A DNA stretch of 56,495 bases, counting the filler, from Bipalium vagum (taxonomy: Eukaryota): the NCBI GenBank assembly GCA_037834085.1. It is 3 parts of 3 records of this genome, joined end to end, with 100 filler letters (N's around TTAATTAATTAA, not from the genome) between each part and the next. Parts side by side here need not be neighbours in the genome. Positions count along the whole stretch, not along the records: positions 1 to 22,229 come from JBBMKC010225110.1; positions 22,330 to 39,094 come from JBBMKC010095010.1; 1 more part is not named here. One strand, 5' to 3'. The notes under the pieces were generated by a model, which saw only the letters and a program-made list of their open reading frames with translations, did not search any database and was not told the DNA's origin. Position 1 is the stretch's first letter, and each line of letters begins with the position of its first letter. Both the position numbers and the translations under genes were made by a program. This document shows, piece after piece, positions 13,330 to 26,399 of the stretch.

Positions 13330-14480
13330 TTCCCTATTTCGAATTTATGCTCATTATACCAACTTCTTAAAAATTTCGGGTTTTTCTGTTATAAAATAGT
13401 CTAAGCACTCTTTGACATTCTCAGTCGAATGAAATTATTTTTTGTCAAGATTATTATGACTCGATCGGAACAGATTGAAATCTGAATGATTTACTACTGT
13501 AAAGTACGATGAATAATGTATTGCTTCCCAACTGAGGCTCTTTAGTTTGTGTTTTGTAGCCAAAGCATTTTGTGGATTAAAATTGTCCTGGTGAATAACC
13601 ACATTATTTCTCTTCACTAATCTTGATTTTTTTAAGTTTCACATCCTTCAATTTTTCTACCTGATCACAATACATCTGCTCATTGATAATCTGACCACTT
13701 GGAAGCAACTCGTAATAATTAATATCTTTTCAATCCTACCAAATGCATAATATCATCTTCTTGGGCTGAAAATCTATCTTAGCAGTGGCTTACTAAGACG
13801 CACGTGGACTGCACCATGGCCACGCTTAATGTTGCTCTAGAAAACTCATTTTCATTACAATTATGATGCAGGGAACTTATTATTAATGGATCCAATCAAT
13901 TCAATTTTAATAAAACAAAACCTAAGTGCAATTAGAAACGTCCTAATCCAACAATTGTTGATGAACTAAAATATCCATCTTTTTGTCATCCAAATATTTT
14001 TAAATCGCTTCAAAACTGTGGAATATTTAATATCCAGGTTCTGTGCTATTTTTCGTATTAAGATATGCCGGTTTTCTTAAATTACGGTCAAGATTTTATC
14101 GTTATTGGTGACAGAACAACCATCTTGATACTATCCTGGAAAATAAATCCCAGAATATAAACGCGCACACCACCTCTGGTAGGAAATAGAGTTTATGACA
14201 ATCACCGTATACATTTCATATTTCAAGGCGTGCCTCTGCAACATTTATCTTTTTTAAATAAAAAAGTAAGAGCTTCTTTAGTATACTAAAATGCTGCTTC
14301 CGTTTGATTTTCTGTATTCATTTTAAAATTAAGAATATTTTTAAAAATTGTAAAATTAAATTACCGCCAAACAAATCTGAATATTATTTAATTGAATTTG
14401 GATTAATAATTATTTGAATAGAATTTGCATCTGACTTTACTAGTTGAAAATAATGCAGAACTTATTCGCAACCCAACATG
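13330..14480 (-). mobile_element. Second, older mariner element, disrupted
   Basis: KMILCIW*D and VIHQDN...LSWEAIH...SDFNLFRS; TIR-like TGTTGGGTTGCGAATAAGTTC at ~14458-14478. Confidence 0.8.
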
Positions 14481-16767
14481 TATTCAATATTTGATTATCT
14501 TAATTAATAACTACATCTGAATGTGTTTTAATGATTTATTATTTAAATTTCTTTACGAAAATTTCATTTCGTTATATACTTTCTAAATTCTTTGAAAAAA
14601 ATTATCATTTAATAACTGAAAATTTATTTATTATTTTTGATTGTAGATTAAGATTTATATTAAATTATAATTTATGTTCTAATTATAAATCTCAAAAACT
14701 GAAACTTTATGTATTAAGCTGTAATAAAGAATAAGTTATTCAAAAAATTTTTATTTTTTTTCTTAGGAATTTTTTTGTACGTACTGGACAATACTTTTTG
14801 CAGCATGTAAATTCAGAAGACATTTTTATAAGTCTTGAAATCCTTTTGAGTACATTTTAAATAGATTTTAAACAGAAATTTTTTGATTACATCAATTTAA
14901 ATATATTCTTCATTATCAAAATGCATTTAAGTGTTTTACAATCATAAATATTTATGACCTTCTGATTCTGGGAATAGATTAGATTTTGTCATCTCTCTTT
15001 CATTGATTCATTCTTTCTTTGAGACTTCATATTTTTGCAGATATAAATCTCCCTAGACCACTTAATGAATAAAAAATGGCTGAAAAGATGATATTACTAT
15101 ATAGACAGTTGTCTAAAAATTAAACTTTTTCCCTTCATACAGAATAACCAATTTTTATTATTTTCTATATTTCAGTATTAATTTATCAACAATTTACAGA
15201 TTTAAGAAACAAGACTCCGTCTTTTATATTTTACCATCACCAGGTTTAAATATTTTTAATTTTTCTTTTACTGGCGCAGTGTTAAACTATTTTAGAGTTT
15301 TTTAATGATTTTTTTATGACCTATAGAAATACACATGTATTTTTTTACCTACAAAACAATCAATGTCAATAATAGCAAGAAAGATAAAATAACAAAAGAT
15401 ATAATTGACAGCCAACAATTATATTGTTATTAATAAATTCATAGTTTCTTCAAAGCTACTATGGGATTGTAAGCACATAAATTCTTGAAGAAAATCAATA
15501 ATTCAATTTGTGCCAGTACGATGAAATTATAAGATGAACGACTAAACATTCAATATTATGGGCTCAAGATTTTGACTTATTATTGAAAACAATCAAGTGC
15601 GAAGAATGTCAACAAGAATGTTTATTAAACCCGACTAACAGAAACATCGTTTCGTCAACTGAACTATTTTATTTAGACCACCTAACAAGATACGATTTTT
15701 ATCAAAATATTTTTTATATTCTCTATTAGTTTGGCTCGAAATTTGATAAGGACTGATCTATAAATGTATATATGAAATAATATTTTATGAATTAACATTT
15801 TATATGAAAACATTTTAATAATATCGCATTTTTGAGTACCATTATTGAATGCACCATATTGAATCTCCAGTCGTTTGGTTAATAATTTTGAACTATAAAA
15901 TATGCAATGTGTGAAAAATGACCTATTATTTTCCCATGTGTAAAAAATTACCTGCATATCACCCAATGTGTTTAATTTAACCTACAATATTGCAATAAGT
16001 CACAAAAAACCATTGTCCAGAGTTTCGTAAGTAAATTACTCTTTAATAATTTATTGTTTGTAAATTAATTTTATGGTATTTTATACATAAATATTTTAAT
16101 AAAATGTTAAATAACTTAAACACTAACAATTATTAGTTGTAATAATTATTAATTAAAATTAATGTAAATATTGTTGATATTTACATTTTTATTTTACGAT
16201 TTCCCTAAAGTTTTCCATTAATTACCTCAAAAACCTTTGTTTGTTTAATTTTAATTTTATTTATAAATTCCTATTGAGACTTAATATTTGATTAAGAGCT
16301 AAAATAATTTAATACCATATTTTTATTAAGCTGCTTATCAAAATTATAAAAATTTTTTAAGATCTAAACTTGTATTCAAAATTACCAGATTATAAACAGA
16401 CAGAAGAAAAAATCTTCGATTAATTAATAAACCAATAATTAATTTAATTATAATTAATATATTTAACAATATCAATTAAATATAAAAAAGTCAATAAAGT
16501 CAAAAAAATTGACGGTCAATTGAAAGTCAAAAGAGAACTACAAATAATTTATAAAGTCTAAAAAATTATAATAGTTAATTAAAAGTCAAAATGTTACTGT
16601 AAAAGTCCAAAATTAAAAGGTCAAATTAATTGATAAATGAAATCAAAATTGTTTTAATAATTTAAATTAGCAATATTATCATTTTTAGAAATTTAATAAT
16701 AGAAAGTATATTTATTTATTGTTTATTCGTATTTTTTAATCATCCTATAAGGAGGAACATCCGAAAT

Positions 16768-17900
16768 TTGCCAAAAGTGACAACGTAAAGACAGAGAAAT
16801 TGTGAAAAAAATTAGTTCTGAATTTGTTCAAACTCTGGATAATCAATTATATTGCAAGATATGCAATACGGTTGTTTCTCATTCAAAAATGTTTTTCATG
16901 GAGAGTCACAGAAAATCTATTACACACAAAATTGGAATGAAGAATATAGTAGGTAATATAACGCAGATGTTCATAGAACATCCGAAAGATAACTATAAAA
17001 ATGATGTGGTTACTGCATTTGTCTCTGCAGACATACCATTGTGGAAATTGAGAAATCCACATATACGAAATCTTTTTCAAGGTATTGGGAAACCCTTAAC
17101 CAGTGAACAGTACTGTCGATCATTGGTTCCAGGAATGTATCAGGAAGAAATGACAAAAATGAATTCATTATTTGACGGTAAGAAGATATTTATGATTTTT
17201 GATGAAACCGATGTATCCGGCAATAGATACATAAACGTTCTTCTTGAATTATTGAATATTCCTAGTGAATCCTTTTTGGTCGATTGTGTACCATGGACAG
17301 CTCCACCGAATAGCCAAAGTGTAATTTATATTATCGATGATACAATGAAATGTATGGGAATTGGAAGAGATTATTTCTCACTCTTGCTCAGTGATGTAGC
17401 AAGATATATGACTTCGGCAAGTAAGACATTGCACGTATTGTACCCAAATCCTTTCCATGTCACTTGTATTGCTCACCTCATGCATAATTGTGTCATGAAA
17501 GCTCGAGCTTATTATGAAAATGTTGACAGTTTAATATCACGACTGAAATTAGCTACTATTAAAAACAAAGTAAGATTAAAAGATTTCATAAATATTGGAT
17601 ATCCGCCAGATACCATTGTCACACGATGAGGAAGCTGAATAAATGCAGCGTTATATTATTCTAAACATTTTCCTGAGGTTAAGAAATAGTAGAAAATTGG
17701 TCTGGGAATGGTTTTTTGGTAAAGCAAGCAGCAATGGCACTAGAATGCAAGAAATTAATGTCTTCATTAATTGAAATTCAGGAATGCTACAGTTCAATAT
17801 CTTTTTTAATTCAAAAGTTTGAAGGCAGACATTGATCTAATACTGAAACATGGGATTATCTTAATATGATTAACTTTTATAAGGATGTGTTTGCTATTAT
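16768..17900 (+). pseudogene. hAT-superfamily (CGGBP1/DUF4371-like) transposase pseudogene
   Basis: BED-like CKIC...H...H finger, IFDETD, LLSDVARYM, HVTCIAHLMHN (CxxH), then TR*GS*INAALYY, the RW motif with both Trp codons mutated to TGA; frameshifts beyond. Confidence 0.85.
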
Positions 17901-18344
17901 TGAATGGATAGATATAATGAATCGAACCCATGCAGGCAACCTTTAGTTTAAATATCGATTCATTTTGTGTGACCGATATATTTTTTCTTCACAACAACAT
18001 TTGATATGTTAAACATCAATTATCAACTGATTATCAGCAATATGAATATCGACTTTTTAAATGAAAAATTTCACTATAAACAATTTTGTGTGAAAAAATC
18101 TAAATATATTTAAAAACATTTTATGACAGTATTGCAGTGAAAAATCTAATTTTGGTGTTTGGGTGTGCACAAAGGGTTGTCATAAGTAAATAGACACCTA
18201 TAAAGCCTCTAAAACTTATTGTTTTTTCAAATTGTATCACCAAATAAGACCTCATATTATCATTTTATACTGATTACCGTCATTTATCTGTTAAATTGAT
18301 TATAGGTATATGCTATTTTCTTAATTTAAGCTATTTTAATTTTT

Positions 18345-18795
18345 AGGTCAGCACAATCTTCCGACATGAACTCAATTGAGTGGATGTGAAACATTCTTCA
18401 GAAGGCTATTCGCAAAAGGCAAAAAAGCCAACGTCACGTGCAAGCCCAATCCGGTTCAACATATATGGGACTATACTGATAGAAGAATTTATGGAAAAGG
18501 TATTAGCAACAAAAAAGATCTATAGAAACTGGTCAGGTCAGAATGGGAAGCAATTTCACAAGAATTCATCAAAACCTAACTAGGAGTAAAACTACTTGTT
18601 TGAAGGAACTAATGAAATTGAGCGGAGGATCTACAAAATACTGAACATATTTTTAATGTATTGCATTGGTAAATAACTATTCCATAACATGCAAAAAACC
18701 GTTTCTGATTATCTTTAAAATTCTTTGTTTTATAACAGTTTAAATACTAAATTGTTGAATATTTTAAGGTGCTAAATTTTTTATGGGCCGTTGTA
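18345..18795 (+). mobile_element. Tc1 3'-end remnant
   Basis: SAQSSDMNSIE (SPDLNPIE-like) at ~18348; TIR-like ...TTTTATGGGCCGTTG-TA at ~18795. Confidence 0.55.
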
Positions 18796-19439
18796 TATAA
18801 AAATTTTTCACAATTATTTTTAAAATTCACAAAATTCAAATCTATCTTTCACTTCGTATTTTACTTAATATTAAATAATAAAAAATAATTTAAATATTTT
18901 TAAAAATTTTAAAGTAATATATTAAAATTTAATTTTTAATGTAAAAGAAATGTTTTAAATATTTTCTATTAATTTAATGTTTTCCTTTTAAAAGTAAATA
19001 ATTAAATTAATATTAATAAAATTTTTAATTTATTTATTTATTTAATTAGTCGCTCTTGATTAGTAAAAATCATTAAATAATTATTCCTCGAAAGAAATGA
19101 AATAAATCTTTTAAACATTATTTGAATTTATATAAAAGAAGAAAACTAGATGAAGGTGAAATAATGAATTTATATAAATGAAAAAAATTGATAATCAAAT
19201 ATTAATTTTACAAAATGAATAAGTGAAAATATATTTGGAGAATGAAGAGATGAGAAAAAATTTATTTATTTAGATTTTAAATATATTAAATTTTAGGAAA
19301 ATAAAAAAAATTTTGAAAATAATAATTAATTTTGAATCATTTTAAAATTATTAATAAAATTTTATTTAAAAAATAGTTAATGAAAACTTCAATATTGATA
19401 AAGAGAAGTAATAAATAATAGGCTTACGTTAAAAATAAA

Positions 19440-20952
19440 TATAAACATTTTAAAGTGTATTGTAAAACTCATATCTTCTCTGTTAAAATCTATTAATTCT
19501 TCATTATCATCAATTATTCTAAATTTAATTACAGAAATATTTTTTATTAATAAAGTATAATAAACTGAAAAATATGGTATTTAAATTATTTTATAACCTT
19601 TTAAAATAATATTAGATGAGAAATCAAAATAATATTTGTATTCCCTCCATTAAAAAATCCTCCTATAATATTACAATAAACCATAATTCTACTTAGATTT
19701 GAAATATTTACTTTTTTAGAATAATGTATTCCTTGTTTATAAAATTTATTAGTTTCAAATCCTAAAAGATTTTCTAATAAATCTTTCACAGAAACTGAAC
19801 GTTACAATCTTTTGATTAAACCATTTCATTAAACAATGTAAGTGAAAATGAATTTGATTTAATTTTATGTGATATTCTTTTTTTTAACGGTTATAAAGTT
19901 TTATCATATATAAACTCATTTTCAATAACCTATAATATTTCTTTAATTCCAAATGCTGCTGGAGTTATCAATTTTTTGTTATTGATTTATTTTTACTATC
20001 TATTACTTTTACAATTATTTTATTATTGTTATTATTAATATAAATATAGAACTATAAGTTGAAAAATAAACTAAAGCTAATTTGTAATTTAAATTAGGAT
20101 CAAGTTTTAAAGGAATTTTAAATTTAAAGGAAACATTTGATTCTTTTGTTACAATTATACTTAGACGTAATAACATTTGCTCGTGAACTCATAACCCCTC
20201 ACTTTTATAAAATGTTGTGTCCGTCTCTCTCAACCTTATCTAAAACAAAACACCTACAATAATACTGTATCCGCACCCTAAGAACTGAATCAAAACACCC
20301 TCAATAAAACTTTATTGACCAAAACACAATCACAATATCGATCACCTCTAGAAGTCTCTATAAAGCCCTATAAATAATAATAAAATAAACACACTACTAT
20401 TAATGAGATGAGAGAAAAAGAGAATCACAAAGAAAGAAGTTCTTGAAAAGTAACACCAGAAATCAGCACAAACAAAAATAATAAACGGACTCACCAAGAG
20501 CGACAAAGGGTCCCCAAGTAGCCATCTAGGCCCTTCTCATGTCGCCTATGGGTTCCCAAGCTCGCTGGGTCCCCTTGTGAAATCCTTCTGCGTCCACGGA
20601 AAATCTGATATACCTACGTCGTCGTCCTGAAATTCCGTAGCCTTTCTGTGTCGTTGTCCCCAAAAATTCGTAGCTCTTTTTGCGTTGTTAGCGTTTGTGG
20701 GAAAATTGATGGGAATAGCCGTCTTTTTATATAGTCGTAGGGATCGGGCTACGATCACCAATCCATACGCTCCGAGAAGCCTATCTCCATCAATAGCCTT
20801 TAATTACTTTCCCACAACGAGATAAGAAAGATTATTATCTCCCAAGATGAGGAGTAGTTAATTCTTCTGGGCTGATATTATCTTAGGGAGGATTTTTATC
20901 TCAGGTAAATTTTTAAATTACTTTTCGAGTGTTAATTAATTTTAATTATTAA

Positions 20953-21007
<55 letters not shown>

Positions 21008-21144
21008 GTTATTGTTATTATAAATATTACTATACCCCAACACTTTACTATTTACAATAAATAATTTTGAAATTTTTTTAGGAGTATCAACTATAATTTT
21101 TTAAAATAATTTTTTAAAATGATTTTCTATTAAGATTCTTCCAT
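19440..21144 (-). pseudogene. Polinton/Maverick (adintovirus-like) minor capsid (penton) gene, decayed and split by a solo LTR
   Basis: Reconstruction: MEE...IVDTPKKISKLFIVNSK|ESNVSFKFKIPLKLDPNLNYKLALVYFSTYSSIF..NN...ITPAAFGIKEI...LLGF...GIHYS..VNISNLSRIMVYCNIIGGFFNG...GYKII*IP...YY...I..IKFRIIDDNEELIDFNREDMSFTIHF. This follows the motif order of Polinton/adintovirus pentons. Confidence 0.8.
20147..21042 (-). mobile_element. Solo LTR copy A (896 bp, Gypsy-type)
   Basis: Minus strand starts TGTTGGGG and ends ATTGTAACA. Exact TSD CTTT at 20143-20146 and 21043-21046. Contains (AAT)n, TATATAA and AATAAA; homologous to 52144-53150. Confidence 0.92.
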
Positions 21145-22229
21145 TTATTTTTTAAAAAGAAAAATAAATACACTTGAGTTTCGCATAATATGATCATTTG
21201 GTTCTGGAAAAATACCGTGTTATGCAGGGTTAGAAATGTTTATAAAATCCATCTTTAAGTTCCAAAATGATCGAAGTATGGTAGTAAGATTTATTTCTTA
21301 TATTAAACAACAGATAAGAAATGTGTTCACTCACAAGAATATTTATTGGGAAAAAATTTAAAAACATAAAAATGTATTAATCAGTCATCCATCATGAGCC
21401 CAGTTAACATTGTTATATGTTTGACTCTTTTTTAAAATGAGATTTTCATCATCAGAAGACTTAGGTGTATATTTTGATTCAGCTATTAGAAATTCTGTAA
21501 TCAGCAATTGTCTCATTTTAGCTTCTAATCCTTAATATATTTAGTGATAAGGGACCAAAATATTTTTTAATTACTTTTGAACTTCATACTTCTTTCCATT
21601 GTTGGTTCACTTTCTATAAAAAGAGTTACTAATTCATCAGCCAATCCCTAGTCATCTGATTATTTGATATTCGTAGTAACTATATCAGACTTCCGTATTT
21701 TGATAATGATGACCAAAAATTGTTATTTATATTTTCATTTCTCTCTGTTCACTTTTTTATAATTTTCATTTTAAAAAATGACTAGATATGGCGGTAGTTG
21801 AAGAATATTCAATAATTGTTCCCATTTTCTTAAAAATCTAACATATGCTATGGCTTATTTGACTGACCAGGGGAGTGAAGATTTTAAAAACAGATTTTTC
21901 GCAATTTACGAATTGTCAAAAATATATTCAAATGTTCGACATATCTATAGTTCAGTTTATGTTTCATTGAAGTTCCAAAATGAGGATGAGAGAGAAAAGC
22001 CGAAGCCGAAGTAAGAAAGGAAAGCTTTAAATTAGAGCTCATGATTTGTCCTTGGTTCTATTGATAGTGTGGAGACTACGACCAGACAGGACTCCAAAGA
22101 CACAATCAGCACCCAATTCGTGAACTTATCGATAAACTTTTTGTGCTTATAACTTTGTGATTACCACACAACACTTTATACCTTTGTTTGTGATTATCAA
22201 CAACATTTTCCAACTTTGTGATTTCATAA

Positions 22230-22329
22230 NNNNNNNNNNNNNNNNNNNNNNNNNNNNNNNNNNNNNNNNNNNNTTAATTAATTAANNNNNNNNNNNNNNN
22301 NNNNNNNNNNNNNNNNNNNNNNNNNNNNN
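22230..22329. other. Artificial 100-bp scaffold spacer: 44 N + TTAATTAATTAA + 44 N
   Basis: Six-frame stop linker at 22274-22285; identical construct at 39095-39194. Confidence 0.97.
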
Positions 22330-22419
22330 ATATAAAATAAGAATAAGAATATGTAAATAGTTGTTTTTAGAATTGTAAGCATAAATTATTTTTGAATGTT
22401 CGAAAAGGAGTAATACGAA

Positions 22420-23650
22420 AATTAACCATACGAATACATTTATTATAAGCGTACAAAAAATTGGTAGCAAAATTTTGTTTTTAATAATTAATTGGACCAC
22501 CCCTATTCTTGGTGATCATTTTACATCTCATATTCATCGAGGTAACCAGTTTTTTGCTGAAACCTGGGTTAATTTGTTGCCATTCTTCCAAGGTATACTT
22601 TTTCAGCATGTGCTTTCCAGTAATTTCTCTCCCTTTCAGTTTTCTCTTCTTAAACGCCCACAAATTTTTTATTCGGTTCATGTCCAATGATTGCCCAATC
22701 CATTTCAAGACATTTACACCGGATTGATTAAGCTAATGTGTAATAATTTTGGCCGTATGTTTTGGGTCTCAATCATTTGAAGTCAGTCTCAAGACCAAGG
22801 TGTTGCACAGATTCAAACAAATTTTCTTCTAAAATTTCCATCTATGAAGACTAAATTTCCAACACCCAAACACGACGGACATCTCCAGATCATAACCGAC
22901 CCATTACCATGCTTAACTGTCGGTTGTAGGCATTCTCATTTCATTTTTTTCTCCGGGTTTTCGCCAAACAGTAACCCTTCCTTCTGACCCAAATATGTTA
23001 AATTTACACTCGTCAGATCAAAGAACTTTATTCCAATCGATTGAAGAGTGTAACATTTATCTTACCCATGCAGCTCGTGCTTTTTGATTCATCTTCGAAA
23101 TTAAAGGTTTCTTACGTGCCATCCTCCAATGTAACCCTATGTCTGAAAGTCGGTTTTTCACAGTTGACTTGGAAATTAATATGCCATTTTGTTCCTTAAT
23201 GACTATGCTTACTTTCTCATCTGATGTTCGCCGATCTTTCTTAACAATTCTTTAGATTATTCGATCCTCTTTTGGTGTTGTTATTTTTCGTCTTTCTCGT
23301 CCGGGACTGGTTTTCATGCTTCCATCACAAGAAAACTTTTCGAAAATATATTGAATGCTGGATTTTGTACATTTTAGAATAATTGATATGTGGCCTATAC
23401 CATATTTCTCTTTTCTCATCGTCACAACAGCATTTCGGAAGTCATTCGGATATTCTTTTGTCTTTTTACCAATTAAAATATTCACTTCTGAAACAAATGC
23501 AGATAAATTTGTAAAAATACAAGAATTTAAAAATTAGCCAGTCTTACTTACATTAATAAAAGTTTAAACAAAGATTTCTTTACCATTTAATATAAATATA
23601 ATGTTATTTCCATTAAAATTTAAGGTCGTACGGATATTTATTGTGCATTA
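22420..23650 (-). mobile_element. Near full-length Tc1 element, disrupted; related to 1660-2568
   Basis: KEYPNDFRNAVV..., STVKNRLSDIGLHWRMARKKP, VL*SDECKFNIFGSEG, PTVKHGNGSVMIW and QSLDMNRIKNLW. Confidence 0.92.
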
Positions 23651-24714
23651 ATATCCATAAAATAATTTTAATTGCGATAATTTATTTTTTTTTCTTGATA
23701 ACAATTCTACAAAAACACTTTTAAACAAACGCATTGAAAATTAAAGTATTATTAACACCAAAAATTTATTTCATAAGTGAGGATTTTCCATACAAAAATT
23801 ATCTTGAAAATTATAATTAATGGAGTATATCTATATATACCAAAGTGTTGATATATGCAAGAACATAAATATTTCAACAGCAAGTATGTATCGCGACAGT
23901 TATAGATTAATAAAAGAATATTCTAGTCTAAAGAATGAAGAAAATAGAAGACCTCTTGCTTTTGACCCATAAAACAGAGAATTCTATCAAAAATAGAATT
24001 TGCGTGTGTATCCGTACATTAGCCAAGAAATTTAAAGTGTCACAGATGAAAATAAGTCGAGTAATGAAGATAGAAGGCCTAAAATATTGAGAGCATAAAA
24101 AATTCCCAAATAAACTGATACCCAAATTGAAAAAATACCAAGATGTTGTCGACTAATACGACTGATGCACATCACCAGAGAAAAAAAATGATCATCATTG
24201 ATCATGAGAAATATTGCACATTTTCAAACAGCGCAGTTAACAGAAATTGTGATTTCTACACCGATAAAATAAGCAGCAGTCCGTCTCATATCCGTTTTAC
24301 TTCTAAAAGGAAATTTCTCACAAAAAGTATTAGTTTTGTTAACCATATCAAAGAAAGTTATTCCAACTTTTCTTTTAGGAATAATAACAGGTAAAGTATT
24401 AAATGCTGATACTTATAGGGGAAAGTGTTTCTCAAAAGTAAATTCCTTCACATCATTATAACACCCCATAAACAAAAAATGAACATATTTTCATATTATT
24501 AAATCATAAATAGATAAAGATATCCATTAGAAAACAGTAAAAAGATTTGAAGTCGTTATAAAATCCTTTATTTATACAACAAGTAAACATTTTTGTTGAC
24601 CCCAAACCTGACTATATAGTCCAGTCTATGTTGAACCTCTGAAGCTCTGTTGTAGATTTTTCAAATCAAATTTTTAAACAAAAAGATATTCTTTGTTGAC
24701 GTTTCTCAGAATTT

Positions 24715-24960
24715 TGGGCTCTCCAAATCTGCTCAGAAATCCTCAACAGGCCACACTTCCGGGTAATCCAATTCTTCAACAAAACTCACGTTTTCATATC
24801 TAAGGTACTTGAGGACCTTTTTTTCGTAGTGAGATGAAGCTTTTATAGATCAAGCCAAAATACGTAATTATCGTGCTTCTTGAAGAATGGTATTAATCGA
24901 CGATTAATTTATTTATTAGGATACACATTTTGGTTAATGGCCTGCTTTGACGGCACAAAA
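24715..24960 (-). mobile_element. Tc1/mariner-superfamily catalytic-domain remnant
   Basis: RLIPFFKKHDNYVFWLDL / ASSHYEKKVLKYL / PVEDF*ADL (WPDLASSHY and PIEDFW-like motifs). Confidence 0.65.
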
Positions 24961-25784
24961 AATAATGTTTAATATTTATTTAATAGAAAAATTTTTTAAA
25001 TAAAATAAAACATTCACCAAAAATTACAAAAAAATCAAGAATTTACATAATACTTAAAATCTATATTATAAATATCAATATAATACTAATAATTCCTGAG
25101 ATACAATCTTTAGCTGTTAATGAGTTTTATTGCAACCTTCAAAAATCGATTTCAGTTGAAATGAAAACAATTTAATCCCATATGAAACTACTGAAAAAGT
25201 ATGAATCAAAAAAATCTTTTTATTATTATTTATTAATAATATAAAGATATTTCTTGTCCATAATTAAATTACCGCTTCACTAGTCTAAATATTTAAACAA
25301 ATTAAATTTTCGAAACATGAAATATAAATTCTTTAATATTTAATTTTCGGTTTTTCCTTTTATTAATTTTATTTAATTTATGAACATTATTTTTTTTTCA
25401 CATTCTATTATAAATTGCTTTATTTAAAAAATATTTTAAAGTTAAAATTTCCCGTGATGTTCCGTTTAATCCCAGGAGTTGATTTAGTTTTGTCGTAAAT
25501 CGATTTTAATGTATTGATGGTGGATATTGACAATTGTGAGCATTGTGTGATATTTTTGTGATTTAATCAATAAATATACAAAAAGACTAAGGTTTGGTTG
25601 ATTTAAAAGGAAAAGATGGAATTGACTCAAAAACCAAAATTGATTAATATAAATATTTCTTTATTTATAATTAAATTAAAACAAAAAAATTAATTCAATT
25701 TATTTATGTATGTTTTCTGAACCCCTTTTATGCCTAACTCCCTCCCCCCTTAGCTACGACCATAAAAAAAATCATTCTCAAAAT

Positions 25785-26310
25785 ACAGTGTGTTCATTAA
25801 TTATAAGAAATTCACAAAAAATGTAATAAAATTTTTATTTTAACTCATATTAAACTTAAATTTTGCAATCAGTAACAGAAATCACTTTCAATTGCAATTA
25901 CTTTTATCATACCGTTCCTGAACATGGTAAAGGGAAAACTGTTGAATTTTGAAAATATATAAATTTCAGGAGATTTTCCATCATTTATTAATTTCGTTAA
26001 AAGTTGATGAACATTGACGGGCAGAATGTTTGACTTGAAATTAATACAGCCTCCCCTCAGTCATTATTTCAGAAATTCGACCTCCTGTCATTGCAACTGT
26101 TTTGGTTCCAGAACCCATGATTCTAACGTGTCTTCCGGATCTTGGAGATTATGCTTTCGGCCTTCATGTGCTATCTTTGTGCGCATATGTTGATGGGTTT
26201 GTCAAATAATCTGTAACTGCCTGTTAATAGCAAAATAAACATTTATCAACTTATTACAGATTATCAATTACCGGAAATGACCGATTCAAGAATCTTTCAA
26301 TGCACGTCCT
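25785..26310 (-). mobile_element. Possible Tc1-like remnant
   Basis: TA-CAGTGTGTTC terminus-like sequence at ~25785 and a nearby GC-richer, weakly transposase-like stretch. Confidence 0.3.
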
Positions 26311-26399
26311 CTCATGACCCAAGCTAATCACAGCATCTATTTTTTCTCGTTCGTACTTGGTCCATTTTTTGTCTCGGGGCATTGTAATTTACAATATTT

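Noticed and set aside
17627-17638. TGA at two conserved Trp positions in the hAT transposase (and VL*SDE in the Tc1 near 23016), suggesting TGA=Trp recoding
   Set aside because: TGG encodes Trp in the same ORFs, a mariner Trp decayed to TAG (~13737), and the intact RING gene ends in TGA. G-to-A decay in dead elements explains it.
20546-20761. Short ORFs inside LTRs (20546-20761, 52453-52665, 52620-52811, 53012-53197)
   Set aside because: Starts, stops and frames are not conserved between copies; a by-product of higher GC.
21022-21040. AAATATTAC / TTACTATACCC resembling a CRESS-virus nonanucleotide or Helentron/DINE end
   Set aside because: It lies just inside a TG...CA element with a 4-bp TSD; no flanking stem-loop or Rep/helicase gene.
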